Assembly: GCA_032718475.1 (NCBI GenBank)
Contig: JAUCBJ010006053.1
Location: 1-64,000, forward strand
Direction: 5' to 3'
Origin: Nemertoderma westbladi
Taxonomy: Eukaryota; Animalia; Xenacoelomorpha
DNA: 64,000 nucleotides
In this document: piece by piece, positions 38,896 through 50,107 of the stretch
How the letters are laid out: each line of letters opens with the position of its first letter
Position numbering within the stretch: the first letter of the stretch is position 1
Translations under genes and position numbers: made by a program
The notes under the pieces: generated by a model
The model's database searches: none
Seen by the model: only the letters and a program-made list of their open reading frames with translations
Told to the model about the DNA's origin: nothing

Positions 38896-40157
38896 TGTAA
38901 AAGCTTCTGTGGGATATAACTGGCCCTTTTGCTTCGCAATCCAGTTTCCCCCCAGGCGCTGGAATACTCTAAAAGGGGTCCTCTAACTGTATATATATTC
39001 CCCTCGCCCGCAAGGTACCTTTACAGGTGTTTTAACGGACATAAAAGTCATTCTGCTATATACGTGTTTTAGCGGACATGGTAAGGCAAAAAACCTGCAA
39101 TGCGACAAATACCTTTCATAGCTTAGCCGTGATGATTCATATTACGACATCTAACAGCTGGTTGCTGACATGGAAACAGCCATTGGACGCATGGTTCTTT
39201 GTTTGGCTTGAGCCAATCAGAGCGATTTTTCCTGTCAACGTGTAGCTTTTCGGTCGATCATAAGGAGTGTGTTCAGTCTTACAGTTTTTTCTTGATACTT
39301 TGTGTTATTGCTATCTAGGCCAGAAACAACGGCTCTAGAGTCAATTAGTTTCATACTTTAGAAGAAACATTAGTAGGCTAAAATTATAGAGCGTATGACT
39401 GTTATCAGTTCTTAACAACTCATATCACATATCGGTCCATATCAGTTCATATCATAACTTAACATACCGTCTTAATGCTGTTTAGTGTTGTGTTTTGGTT
39501 GAATATCATTTGGAGAACATATATAAAGAACCCAAATTTCCCAATTTTCTTGATACACTACAGGTTAGAGAGACGGGTTATATATAGCGATTGCGACTTA
39601 TGTTGTTGTGGTTTGTAGTGAATTTAATGCTATTTGATAAGCACTACATTGGTCCGTTGCTATTCCCTTTATATGTGATAAAATTCATTGACGGTCGGCA
39701 AATTAGTGAGCAGTATTGTGTGTTACCGGTAGTGTGCATGATTGTGACTGATAACTAAGCATTTCCTAAAGAATGCGCCTCATACGTGAATCTTAAGCCT
39801 TGCCGACTTACCGTTGTGATTAGTGTAAGTCATATCTCGGTTTACTTAGATAGAGCGCCACGTCCTAAAGGAACTGTTAATATTTCCCGAAAGTAAATAA
39901 TATTAGTCAGAAATTAATTATTAACGATCAATCGAATAATACAATACAGTAAGCTTCACTGCAATAATAATTTAAGCCCTCAGAATCCAGTCTCCCGGGA
40001 ATATCCAGCGGGTGAATGGACGCGCACTAGGCTGGCTTCTGCTAATGTTGTGTTTATTGGTATTAAATATTTGTCATCTTCTAAAGTATATCTATAAACC
40101 AAAAGACATATAAATTTTGGCAGGTTAAACTGCTAAAGGTCTTCAAAAGCGCGTACA
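38896..40157 (+). repeat. 5' LTR (1262 bp)
   Basis: TGTAAAAGC...GCGCGTACA; about 4 substitutions versus the 3' LTR by eye; CCAAT box at ~39213. Confidence 0.95.
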
Positions 40158-40168
40158 ATAACAGTCAT
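40158..40168 (+). promoter_or_regulatory. PBS position, complementary to LTR 39395-39405 (candidate self-priming site)
   Basis: ATAACAGTCAT is the exact reverse complement of ATGACTGTTAT; no TGG start. Confidence 0.55.
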
Positions 40169-42085
40169 TGACTTTATTGCAGTAAGCAATAAAGTTGAAA
40201 GTACCGGTCAACCGGTACTGCTGTAGGTCCGTAGGTCCAACTGTCAGAACCGGTACTTCTGTAGGTCTGTAGGCCCAACTGTACTAACCGGTACTTCCAG
40301 TCTAAGTACATTAGTATTATTCGATTTGATTAATGTATACCGGTAGGTCTCGATATTAAATCGGGGACGCCTGGTTTTTATTGGGATTTTACTTAGGTCT
40401 ATTTCTGTCAGTTTTATTTCCTAGTAAGTTAATATTGAGCTGAAGACGTGTAAGTCTGCTCAGATTGTTCAGATAATTGTAGGCCGGACTGTTGTCAGAT
40501 TGTTGTTGGGTTTGGAGAGATTACGGCGTGTGTAGAGTTTGTCTGATAAAGTGCCAGTTAGTAAGTTGGGGCAGCCATATGCTGTAAGGTCAATCCCCTC
40601 TTAAAGAATAAGTCGTACTACCGTGTTAGAACGCATACTAACTAACCGTTTTGGAATCTGCACATACAGTAGTTTATTTAGGCTTGGTGGTAGTCTGCCA
40701 GCGTTTGGTCTGTATTTTGTTTGAGTATTCTGTACGGGTAGCGTAATATTTATTATTCAGAGTTTATGCGATTATTCGCAACATTCATGTCCCCAAGTTT
40801 ATTCCTACAGTAATTGTGTTTGTTATACATACCGTTATAGTTAAATTAACCCCGGTACTACACGGGCTGCTTGGCGTAGGACAAGACTGGTGATTTTGTG
40901 CACCGGTCACTCCAGCAGATGCCGTGGTTCTTTTAACTGTTCAAGTATATTTAACTACTGATTATTTGTTGTACCAGTACTTGTACCTAATTTAGGGTTT
41001 AGTGTACAGTGCTTTCCGAAGTAATTAGTGTGTAGGCAGTATATTTGTGTTGTAAAGTGGTTAATAGGCACGTTGGATCTGGTAGTCCGCGGTAATTAAC
41101 TTCCAGGTAGGAACACTCCGTGATACATAACGTAGTACCTATAGCGATACGGCTATAGGTCGTCAGGCGGTGGTATTTTCCTATCTGGACAGTGCAATAT
41201 ATTTACTACTACTTATTATTTTCAAACACCGTAGTACCCTGTCCGTTGTAATAACCAGAATTCTAACCCTTTGTTAGACTGGTTTGTAGTTTCCCTGTAA
41301 AATTACCCTAAAAATTCGTACGTAATATTTTTGTTGTGTTTAATTAGAGATTTAATCTCACCCGTATCGTAAGTAATTTGTAGTATTAAGTAACTTAGGT
41401 AAATTAGAATTATCTGTTTTAGTGTCCCATAGGTAGCACTTCACTGAGAGCGCACAGCTTCTGTGTAGTGACTTCCCCCAGAAATAATAACATTTATTTC
41501 AAATATTGACAAAACCCCTTTTAAACGGGTATATATTTATTATAAATCAACTCAAACGATTTATAAATAGTAGGCCCGCCATACAACAACTAGGTCTCAA
41601 TATCAGTTGGACTACTGCTTAAATAACGGTAACAAAGTAAGTTAAAGTAACCAAGTAACCCTAAAATATTCAGAAATTCAATTATTCTAAAATAATTGAC
41701 ATACCGGTATTTACCATAGGCTTATTATATTTATTTCTATAAATTTGAGCTGAAATTATACCGGTACTCTGTAATTAATTCTAGTCCATAATTATACTTA
41801 TATATACTATCAGTGTAAGCTGTATACCGGTATTCACGATAGGCCTATTATATATTTATATATATTTGTGCTAAAATTATATACCGGTACTCTGTGACAA
41901 ATCTAGTCTGTAATAATACTTATATATATACTATAAGCATACCGGTATTCTAATATATTATATATATATCACGCTACACTGAGTAGCAGTATCGGTAATT
42001 AATTACTAGGCTAACAGTGATACTGAATTGCTAGACTTGCTTTAGCTGTAATCATAGCAGTAGGCATTCAACTGTACAAACAAAC

Positions 42086-45000
42086 ATGTCTGACACAACC
42101 CAATCACTGTCGGATAGTCTCTTAGAAAGTGTTAGAATGACTGTTAGACAGTGTCTTAAAAAGATCAGTGACCCAGATCCAAGTATAGAACATCCTAGAT
42201 CCAAGTCTAAGTCACCTACTATTGTCAAAAAGGCCATCCCTACAGTAGTAGTGTCAGACCCTAGGCTAGTAGAACAACGTAGGTCTATCATCGGTACTCG
42301 GGCCCAAGTCAAGCGGGATCAAGAAGCAGCTGTCAAACAGCAGCAACATCCTAGCCTAGAACCTAGTTCTCAGCGGCCCGATAGCTCCAGTAGTTCGGAT
42401 ACTGCTGAGCGGACGCCCGAACGCGGAGCGAAGATGGTGGATACGGTTTATGATGAACGGCCAACCTATGAAGAATCAACCGACGCCACTTCTTCTCAAG
42501 TGGAAAGCGAAGTGGAAAGCGAATTAACAGCAGAGAAGCCGCGAACTAGAGACGCCATTGACATCTATCTGTCAGACTATCAGCGATTCCTAGGAGACGA
42601 AGAGTTGAGGAGACGACTGTCTGGACTTCGCCCCAATAGTGAAGGAACCAAGCTTGTGTTGGACGCAATCGATGCGGAAATGTTAGCTGCTAACCAAGCA
42701 GAATTTGATGAAAAACTCCGCCTCGCTAGAGTCCAAGAAGAAAAAGTAAAGAAAAGACGGATAGAGGAACAAAAGGCGGCGGCTACGGCAGAAGCAGAAG
42801 CAGAAAGAAAAGCAGCAGCGGCAGAAGCAGAAGCAGAAAGAAAAGCAGCGGCGGCAGAAGTAGAAGCAGAAAGAATAGCAGCAAAGGCAGCCGCGGCGGA
42901 AGCAGAAGCAAAAAGAAAGGCAGCGGCGGCAGAAGCAAAGGCGGAAAGGGCAGTGGCAGAAGCGGAACGGAGAGCGTCTGAGCAGACTACCCAACTGGAG
43001 TTGGAAAATCTGCAAGAGACGCAAGACAACATAAATAAACAGATAACTGCTAGTCAAATGCAGATGATGAGTCGATCTACTCCCAAACGCCAAGGATACA
43101 CATCATCGGAGGAAGGCGAGACCACCGATCCGGAAGGCGGAGGAAATAGATCTCGTCTAAGCAGGCGTAGAAAAACATCTCACTGTCACAAATTGCCTGA
43201 TTTGCCCCCAGCTGTTAGAAGACAGCTAGCTAGCACAGACTTAGGTAGTACGGAACCCACAGACCAAACTATTCAGGTCAAAAGACTCCCTACAATAGTT
43301 GATGAGCCTGAAATAATTAGGCCTGTCGTTCCCAAAGTCACTTCTGTGTTAGAGACCCCTGTACTTCCAGAGCTTAACTCTAAATTCCCTTTACATAGTA
43401 CTACACTGCCTGTACCCGGTAGAACAGTCCATGAGAATATCCCTGTCCTGGAAGCTGAGAGAGAAATTAAAGATTTGTCTCCCGTCGTCAAACGTCAGCC
43501 CGCTACAATGTTGGCGACTCCCGCTTCGGCGGTCGAGTGGGTAGAGGAGGGACGGTGGGGGATGAATCTCCTGCTCGGGCAGATGCAGGAGACTGTCCAC
43601 CAACTCAAGGGAACATTAAGGGAAAGTAGGGTAGAATTGCAAGAAGTGCAGCAAAGTATCGCGCTAGAACGCGACAACTTAGTCAATATACAAAAGAGTA
43701 TACCAATACCCCATGTAACATTGTGTCAACCTGTTAGGTCTGAAGTATTACATGCGCAAGGTGTGGAGCCTACACGCATCTATACTGCTAGTGAAGTAGA
43801 AACTCCTATAGCAAACCCTATTAAGGGTGATTATAGACCTGTTGTTAATGATATTCCCTATAGACCTGACAATGATCCGAGAAATTTATATACCGATAAT
43901 TCGATATTAAATAACACGATGGCCCAAGAAAGCTTTACACGTCAGATGGCTAGAACAGAAGCCCGCCAAGCGGTTAAAGTGGGAGAGATCGTCAAATTCA
44001 ATGGAGATGAGATGAAATGGTTACCTTTCAACGAATATTACAAAGACAGCATACAGAACTCTGTGCTATCTAACGGAGAGAAACTTAGGTTCCTCATCAA
44101 GTGCTTGGAAGGACCTCCCAAGTTAATGGCGTTAAAGTTTATTGGACATCCAGAAGGATTAAGACAAGTTTGGGATACATTAAACATCAGGTATGGTAAC
44201 AAGGATAATATAGCTAAGTATTTGTATGCAAAATTAGTAGCCCCCCGAAACTTCCTTAGTAGCGGTATTATAGAGTTTTCCGATGAGATTCAGGAAATCT
44301 GTAGACAATTGGACTGGTTAGGTAAGTCTCATGAATATCAGAGTTCCATGGTTATTGGAGCCGTAGTCTCTACTTTACCAAAGGGTGGAGTATGTACACG
44401 CTGGGACAAGAAAGTGTTGTATATGAATGAACAGCAACGACGAAGCCCTACCATGGCTGATCTCATGTCCTTCTTAGATAGTGAAGTAAAATTACAACTC
44501 ATAAAGCAGTCCAGAGAGAAAACATCGGAAAATAAGGTAAGTGAGAAACCCGTTTCTAGGAGAAGGATAATACCAGTGTGTTATACTGACGACGGCGAAA
44601 GCCAAGCTTCTCAAGAAGAGGACAGCGGGAAAGACACAGCAAAATCTTACTATGACAACAAGACCTATAAAGACGTAAGTAAATACAAGTCTCGAACCAG
44701 TGACAGGAGAGAACAGGTAACAACAACTCCTCCTACGTCTCCTAAGAGAATTCACGGAAGAAAGCCCGAAGAAAGAACGAGAGTGCATCAAGTTACCCAA
44801 GGTAAAGTGAGTAACATCAAACCAAAATGTGCGCTGTGCGACGGGCCCCACCGTTTGAGTGCGTGTGCTGAATTTCTAAAGAAATCCCCTGTAGACAGAC
44901 GTACAGTCCTGTGGAGTAAGCGGTTATGCTATAATTGCCTCAGATCAGGACACCAACGGCGAACCTGTTACTCCGACGTAAAGTGTGCAAAGTGTGGCGC

Positions 45001-46261
45001 GAAACATCACATCTTGTTACACAGTGAGTTCGAACGAGACAACCCGAGTCAGGTAAGTGAGCCCGAACTACATGTCCAATTCAGTGATGTAAATGACACT
45101 GATCAAGAGTCTGAGATGGAAGGATTCTATACTGACGAATTCTCCGACGCCAATGAATCCTGTTACCTAATAAATATCTCAGTGTATCGAGCACTTACTT
45201 ATGAAAAGGACACCGACAATGAGTTCCCCCCAACTACTTTTGCCAGACAACCATCTTGGAAAGCTCCAACTTCCAACGTAGGAATCAGAGAATTTCCTGT
45301 AGTGCAGGTAAGAGTTCATGGTCCTAACAAAAGTTACATAGTGAACGCCCTCCTTGACTCCGGCAGCACAGGAACATTCATCGATCAAGAACTAGCCGAA
45401 GATATCTTTGCTGGACAACCCAAATTCCGGACTAAATTGAATATGTTAGGAATTATGCAGGTTTGGAAATCTACCCTAACGGCAGATTACTATGTAGGTG
45501 TGTTGTCCACCCCCCAGGATAAATTAGGAGCACAAGGTATAAGGTCGGTAAAAATGGTGGCTATAAAGAACTTCGCTACTACCCAAGCAGACCTTTATAA
45601 TTGGGATGAGGATGAGAGTATCCAACATCTTAAGATACCTCGATTCCAGACAGATTATCCTGGAGTGCAAATACTCATCGGCCAAAACGCGCATGAGGCG
45701 CTCGAGACATTGGAGAAACGGCCTGCTCAACCGCAGCCACTACAAACCTATGCGGTAAGAACTAGAGTAGGTTGGTACTTCACTGGCCCTTCCCGTAGAA
45801 CTCTCAAAGAGAGATTACCTCAACAACAGGTATACCAAGTAAAGGAATGGGAAGTGGAGAGCAGTGATGTGGACGATCCAACTGAGGGAACACCATACTC
45901 CTCAGATAATGACGATATTAACTCCAATGCAGATCAATGGAGACATTGCCTTGGGACGATTAATCCAGCCGACATCGCTTCCAGAGGAGCAACTCCTCAA
46001 GAACTGATAGATACTCCAGGCTGGTTAGGTGGATCCGACTTCTTAAGTAAAGAAGAAGAAGAATGGCCTCCTCATTTTACAACGGCGGAGATTAGACAGG
46101 CCAAGGGAGCGGAGAAAGTAACACAACAACTCAATCGCCCAGCTAGTCGTTTATGTTTACGGGAAAGAGACCAAAAACTGTCCGGAAACTATGGAAGGCA
46201 AGATACTCTTCCTACGACCACTTCCCTAATCCGACAAATATCTAGGGACTCCATAACGTAA
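42086..46261 (+). CDS. BEL/Pao Gag-protease polyprotein fused to an RNase H C-terminal remnant (1391 aa)
   Basis: FNGD..KW..F (DUF1759-like); triple Zn knuckle CALCDGPH..C / CYNCLRSGH..C / CAKCGAKHHILLH; ALLDSGS protease; TRVGW; then QWRHC..NPADIASRG..WLGG..FL..EEEWP. No YVDD or integrase motifs. Confidence 0.9.
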   Translation: MSDTTQSLSDSLLESVRMTVRQCLKKISDPDPSIEHPRSKSKSPTIVKKAIPTVVVSDPRLVEQRRSIIGTRAQVKRDQEAAVKQQQHPSLEPSSQRPDSSSSSDTAERTPERGAKMVDTVYDERPTYEESTDATSSQVESEVESELTAEKPRTRDAIDIYLSDYQRFLGDEELRRRLSGLRPNSEGTKLVLDAIDAEMLAANQAEFDEKLRLARVQEEKVKKRRIEEQKAAATAEAEAERKAAAAEAEAERKAAAAEVEAERIAAKAAAAEAEAKRKAAAAEAKAERAVAEAERRASEQTTQLELENLQETQDNINKQITASQMQMMSRSTPKRQGYTSSEEGETTDPEGGGNRSRLSRRRKTSHCHKLPDLPPAVRRQLASTDLGSTEPTDQTIQVKRLPTIVDEPEIIRPVVPKVTSVLETPVLPELNSKFPLHSTTLPVPGRTVHENIPVLEAEREIKDLSPVVKRQPATMLATPASAVEWVEEGRWGMNLLLGQMQETVHQLKGTLRESRVELQEVQQSIALERDNLVNIQKSIPIPHVTLCQPVRSEVLHAQGVEPTRIYTASEVETPIANPIKGDYRPVVNDIPYRPDNDPRNLYTDNSILNNTMAQESFTRQMARTEARQAVKVGEIVKFNGDEMKWLPFNEYYKDSIQNSVLSNGEKLRFLIKCLEGPPKLMALKFIGHPEGLRQVWDTLNIRYGNKDNIAKYLYAKLVAPRNFLSSGIIEFSDEIQEICRQLDWLGKSHEYQSSMVIGAVVSTLPKGGVCTRWDKKVLYMNEQQRRSPTMADLMSFLDSEVKLQLIKQSREKTSENKVSEKPVSRRRIIPVCYTDDGESQASQEEDSGKDTAKSYYDNKTYKDVSKYKSRTSDRREQVTTTPPTSPKRIHGRKPEERTRVHQVTQGKVSNIKPKCALCDGPHRLSACAEFLKKSPVDRRTVLWSKRLCYNCLRSGHQRRTCYSDVKCAKCGAKHHILLHSEFERDNPSQVSEPELHVQFSDVNDTDQESEMEGFYTDEFSDANESCYLINISVYRALTYEKDTDNEFPPTTFARQPSWKAPTSNVGIREFPVVQVRVHGPNKSYIVNALLDSGSTGTFIDQELAEDIFAGQPKFRTKLNMLGIMQVWKSTLTADYYVGVLSTPQDKLGAQGIRSVKMVAIKNFATTQADLYNWDEDESIQHLKIPRFQTDYPGVQILIGQNAHEALETLEKRPAQPQPLQTYAVRTRVGWYFTGPSRRTLKERLPQQQVYQVKEWEVESSDVDDPTEGTPYSSDNDDINSNADQWRHCLGTINPADIASRGATPQELIDTPGWLGGSDFLSKEEEEWPPHFTTAEIRQAKGAEKVTQQLNRPASRLCLRERDQKLSGNYGRQDTLPTTTSLIRQISRDSIT

Positions 46262-48106
46262 TAACATATGGAGTGGGCGTGTGACTATATCAATTTATAT
46301 TTGTTTTATTTTATATTTATGTATGTATTATTATGTCATTTTATTATAATCGTTTTCTTTAATTTTATTTAGTAGAATGATATTTTAGTGATTATTTAGT
46401 AGATTAGTGCAATACATTAGTGTTTATTACGTACTTAATTACTTATAATATATATTTAGTGCGACGGCGAGAAAATAATTATTTTTTCTCTTTCCTTACT
46501 GTCCGTATCATATTGTAAATACGTGACTACAGTAAGATGAAATGTCCGTACTTAGTAAAGTACAATAAAGCCACTACTATATTCAAGTATTGTTGGTAGG
46601 CAGAGTATTAGGAATACAAAGTTCAGATCATCGTGTCTCGGCTAAACCAAGCTCTGGGTAGACCTTGGAAACGACTTGCCTCTTCACACTGACATTGCTT
46701 CGTGCGATATTGCTCTTCTACCTTATATTAAATAATACATATAGTAGCGTGATGTCCCTCTAACAGTAGCGTAAAACGCAAATAAATCTGTTAAACTTTT
46801 TGACCATCTGTAATTCTAGTCGATTAAGATATCGCGGCACCCACCGATATACTTGAAAGACAAATTCTAGAATCAATGGTTAACGTCCCCAGACAAGTTC
46901 TGGAATAAATCGGTGCCCATCTTAAATATTAATTTAATATTTATTAAAATCTGTAAAATTCAGATCCGTTAACAATTCTAGTCGATTAAGATATCGTAGC
47001 ACTTCCCGATACTCTTAAAAGACAAATTTCATAGAATTAAGGATCCTATGTCCCCAGACCTGCTCTGGAATCAAATTGTGTCAATTTTAACATCAAATAA
47101 TAAAATTCACGGGAATAAATTTAAATTCATATTTTTAAATGAATTTCATAAATTGTCATTTTGTACAATTTATAACATTCCCAAAATTCCATTAATTAAT
47201 AGATCATGGGAGCGGAGATTCATCCTATTGAGTGTATTAGAGTGCGAGAATCTCCAACATATAGTCAATAGCCGATAAAATTAACAAAATCATACATAAA
47301 GAGGATATTGACAATTAAAGAATTATTATTAAATAGCATCCCAGATCTGTATGCATGAGAATTACCCTAATTCTACCGCTAGCATTCCATAATGTCACCA
47401 TAGCAACACCCACGCTAGAATTAGAAGCAAGTTAAAAGAACAATAGAAAGCTTGTCCCATTGCATAGCATAGAGAACATAGCACACTGTTAGTATCCAAG
47501 GATACACAGTAATAAAGTGACATTCTGGAAGGCACTGACTAACGGACAAATGGCCTGTGTGTGTACAATTGGTGACAGTTGTGTGGAATTTGTGCGTTTA
47601 TAGGTGAATGTTACTGCTAAAGCATGTTTACAGTAGCTAGTCGCAATTGTAAAAATAGCCCAACTCTCCTATAGAAAGAACCTAAGTGGATCCAAGCCTT
47701 TGGGACAGACAGTGGAGTGACTTGTGCCGGTTATCGTTGTCGTGCTGTTGCTACATGTTGGCGTAAACACCGCGACGACGGTACATCGGCGCTGAGAATC
47801 CCACTGTCCGGGGGCAAAGAGAAGTAGGCAGCGACGTCCGCTCGCCTAAACATAAACTCATTTCGATATTAATAAACTCAGATAGCAGGTATGACGGAGT
47901 TGATAGAAGATGATCTTGGTATCAGGGAGCGATATACTCTGCCTTTGCCAGCATTTGTGGATAGCTTGATACGCGGTGAAACCGATCCAACCATTACGGA
48001 GGACGATGGTCGTTATATCGAACCGCCGATGTCCCAAGAGCAACTTACGCGTGAATTGGACTAGCGAAAATTCACCTCTCGCTATACGCATCGTAATAGT
48101 ACGTAT

Positions 48107-49339
48107 ATGGACTTCCTAATTACCGGCCATCCTATCGATTTACATGATACGGACGATGTAGACACCGAAAGGGAAATGGTTCTATTTAAATATCATACCC
48201 AGCGGCGTCGTAACGATAAACCGAGAATAGATCACGAAAATTCTATTCGTAACAGACTGGGAAGACGAACCAATATGCCTAGAATCTGAGGAGATTCAGC
48301 CTATCGCGCCCGGAACAGCGACAATGATTACATCCTAGAATAGTATCAAGGTCCACAATATCTCACTGCGTACGATTATCGCCATGCCAACTATGTTTCT
48401 AGGCAACATTGTCGGTTATGCGCATCGAGAGACCACGATACGCCCATGGACACCAACGTCCGCTGTTCCTATTTCCAAGAACAACCGACTATGGAAATTT
48501 ATTGCGCATATTGCAGACTCAATAACCTGCATATCTTTGCGGTTTGCCCTCAATTTATGACTCAATGTCACCATTGTCAACTAAAGGGACATGCTAGTTT
48601 CGACTGCCCTTTTAATCACGATTTGGAAAGCGTAGATGAAATGATCACACTGCGTTACATCAGAGCTTGGGAAGCGAACGCTGATTTACATTGTGATTCG
48701 CGCCATCGCTATTATCCCGGACGCGCTTACGAAGGAGTTTATGCGTTCCATCCTTATCTATTCGCTTCGGTTGAACAGAAATCACGCATATCAAGTTACG
48801 AGCTACTGAAGCGCGTCGGAGAATGTATTTCAACTAAATTCGTACGCAAATTTCTCAGGAGTGTTAATCCTAGCGACCTTCATTCCTATAACTTAATCAA
48901 TTATATCCGTCAGGATCCTGACTATGGAGACTTGTTTGTTAACTCACACCCCGAGTTGCAGGAAGTACATCGAAGGCCTTACGAATACCGAGCCCGCGAG
49001 CGCGAGTTGGAAAGGACCATTAAACCCCGGAAGTTTCTAACTGCCTATGGTCCACCCACTGCCCTCGTTCAGACCACTCGTAAAGGACCCGTAAGAGCGG
49101 CTGTCTTGAAACGAGCTCTCAAAGCCGTTAGACCCCTCTCACCTGACGTTGATGTCAATCAACCCGGTACTTCGACTGGCGGATACACCGACCATAATCC
49201 TACACCCTCTGATGCAATCATATTGCACCCTTCACCCAGGAGTTATAGCCCTCCTTGTAAAGTGGCTCGCCCCAAAGAGAAAAGGACTCTTGCTGGCTTT
49301 AAAAAACTGCGTAAACGCCGTCCGCGCAAGAAAGACTAA
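48107..49339 (+). CDS. Extra zinc-knuckle ORF in the BEL 3' region (297 aa from 48446; same-frame extension to 48107 across two stops)
   Basis: CRLC..H..C, CAYC..H..C and CHHCQLKGHASFDC; basic C-terminus KKLRKRRPRKK; ends 78 bp before the 3' LTR. Confidence 0.7.
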
Positions 49340-50107
49340 CTGTTTAGAGTATTTACGTATATTAGAAACTGTGATTTTGTATATTTTATAGACTCAAATC
49401 CCATTTTCTGGGAGCGGTGTAAAAGCTTCTGTGGGATATAACTGGCCCTTTTGCTTCGCAATCCAGTTTCCCCCCAGGCGCTGGAATACTCTAAAAGGGG
49501 TCCTCTAACTGTATATATATTCCCCTCGCCCGCAAGGTACCTTTACAGGTGTTTTAATGGACATAAAAGTCATTCTGCTATATACGTGTTTTAGCGGACA
49601 TGGTAAGGCAAAAAACCTGCAATGCGACAAATACCTTTCATAGCTTAGCCGTGATGATTCATATTACGACATCTAACAGCTGGTTGCTGACATGGAAACA
49701 GCCATTGGACGCATGGTTCTTTGTTTGGCTTGAGCCAATCAGAGCGATTTTTCCTGTCGACGTGTAGCTTTTCGGTCGATCATAAGGAGTGTGTTCAGTC
49801 TTACAGTTTTTTCTTGATACTTTGTGTTATTGCTATCTAGGCCAGAAACAACGGCTCTAGAGTCAATTAGTTTCATACTTTAGAAGAAACATTAGTAGGC
49901 TAAAATTATAGAGCGTATGACTGTTATCAGTTCTTAACAACTCATATCACATATCGGTCCATATCAGTTCATATCATAACTTAACATACCGTCTTAATGC
50001 TGTTTACTGTTGTGTTTTGGTTGAATATCATTTGGAGAACATATATAAAGAACCCAAATTTCCCAATTTTCTTGATACACTACAGGTTAGAGAGACGGGT
50101 TATATAT

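Noticed and set aside
42580-43093. Antisense Ala/Ser- and Cys/Phe-rich ORFs
   Set aside because: Shadows of the AEAEAERKAAA coiled-coil repeat in gag.
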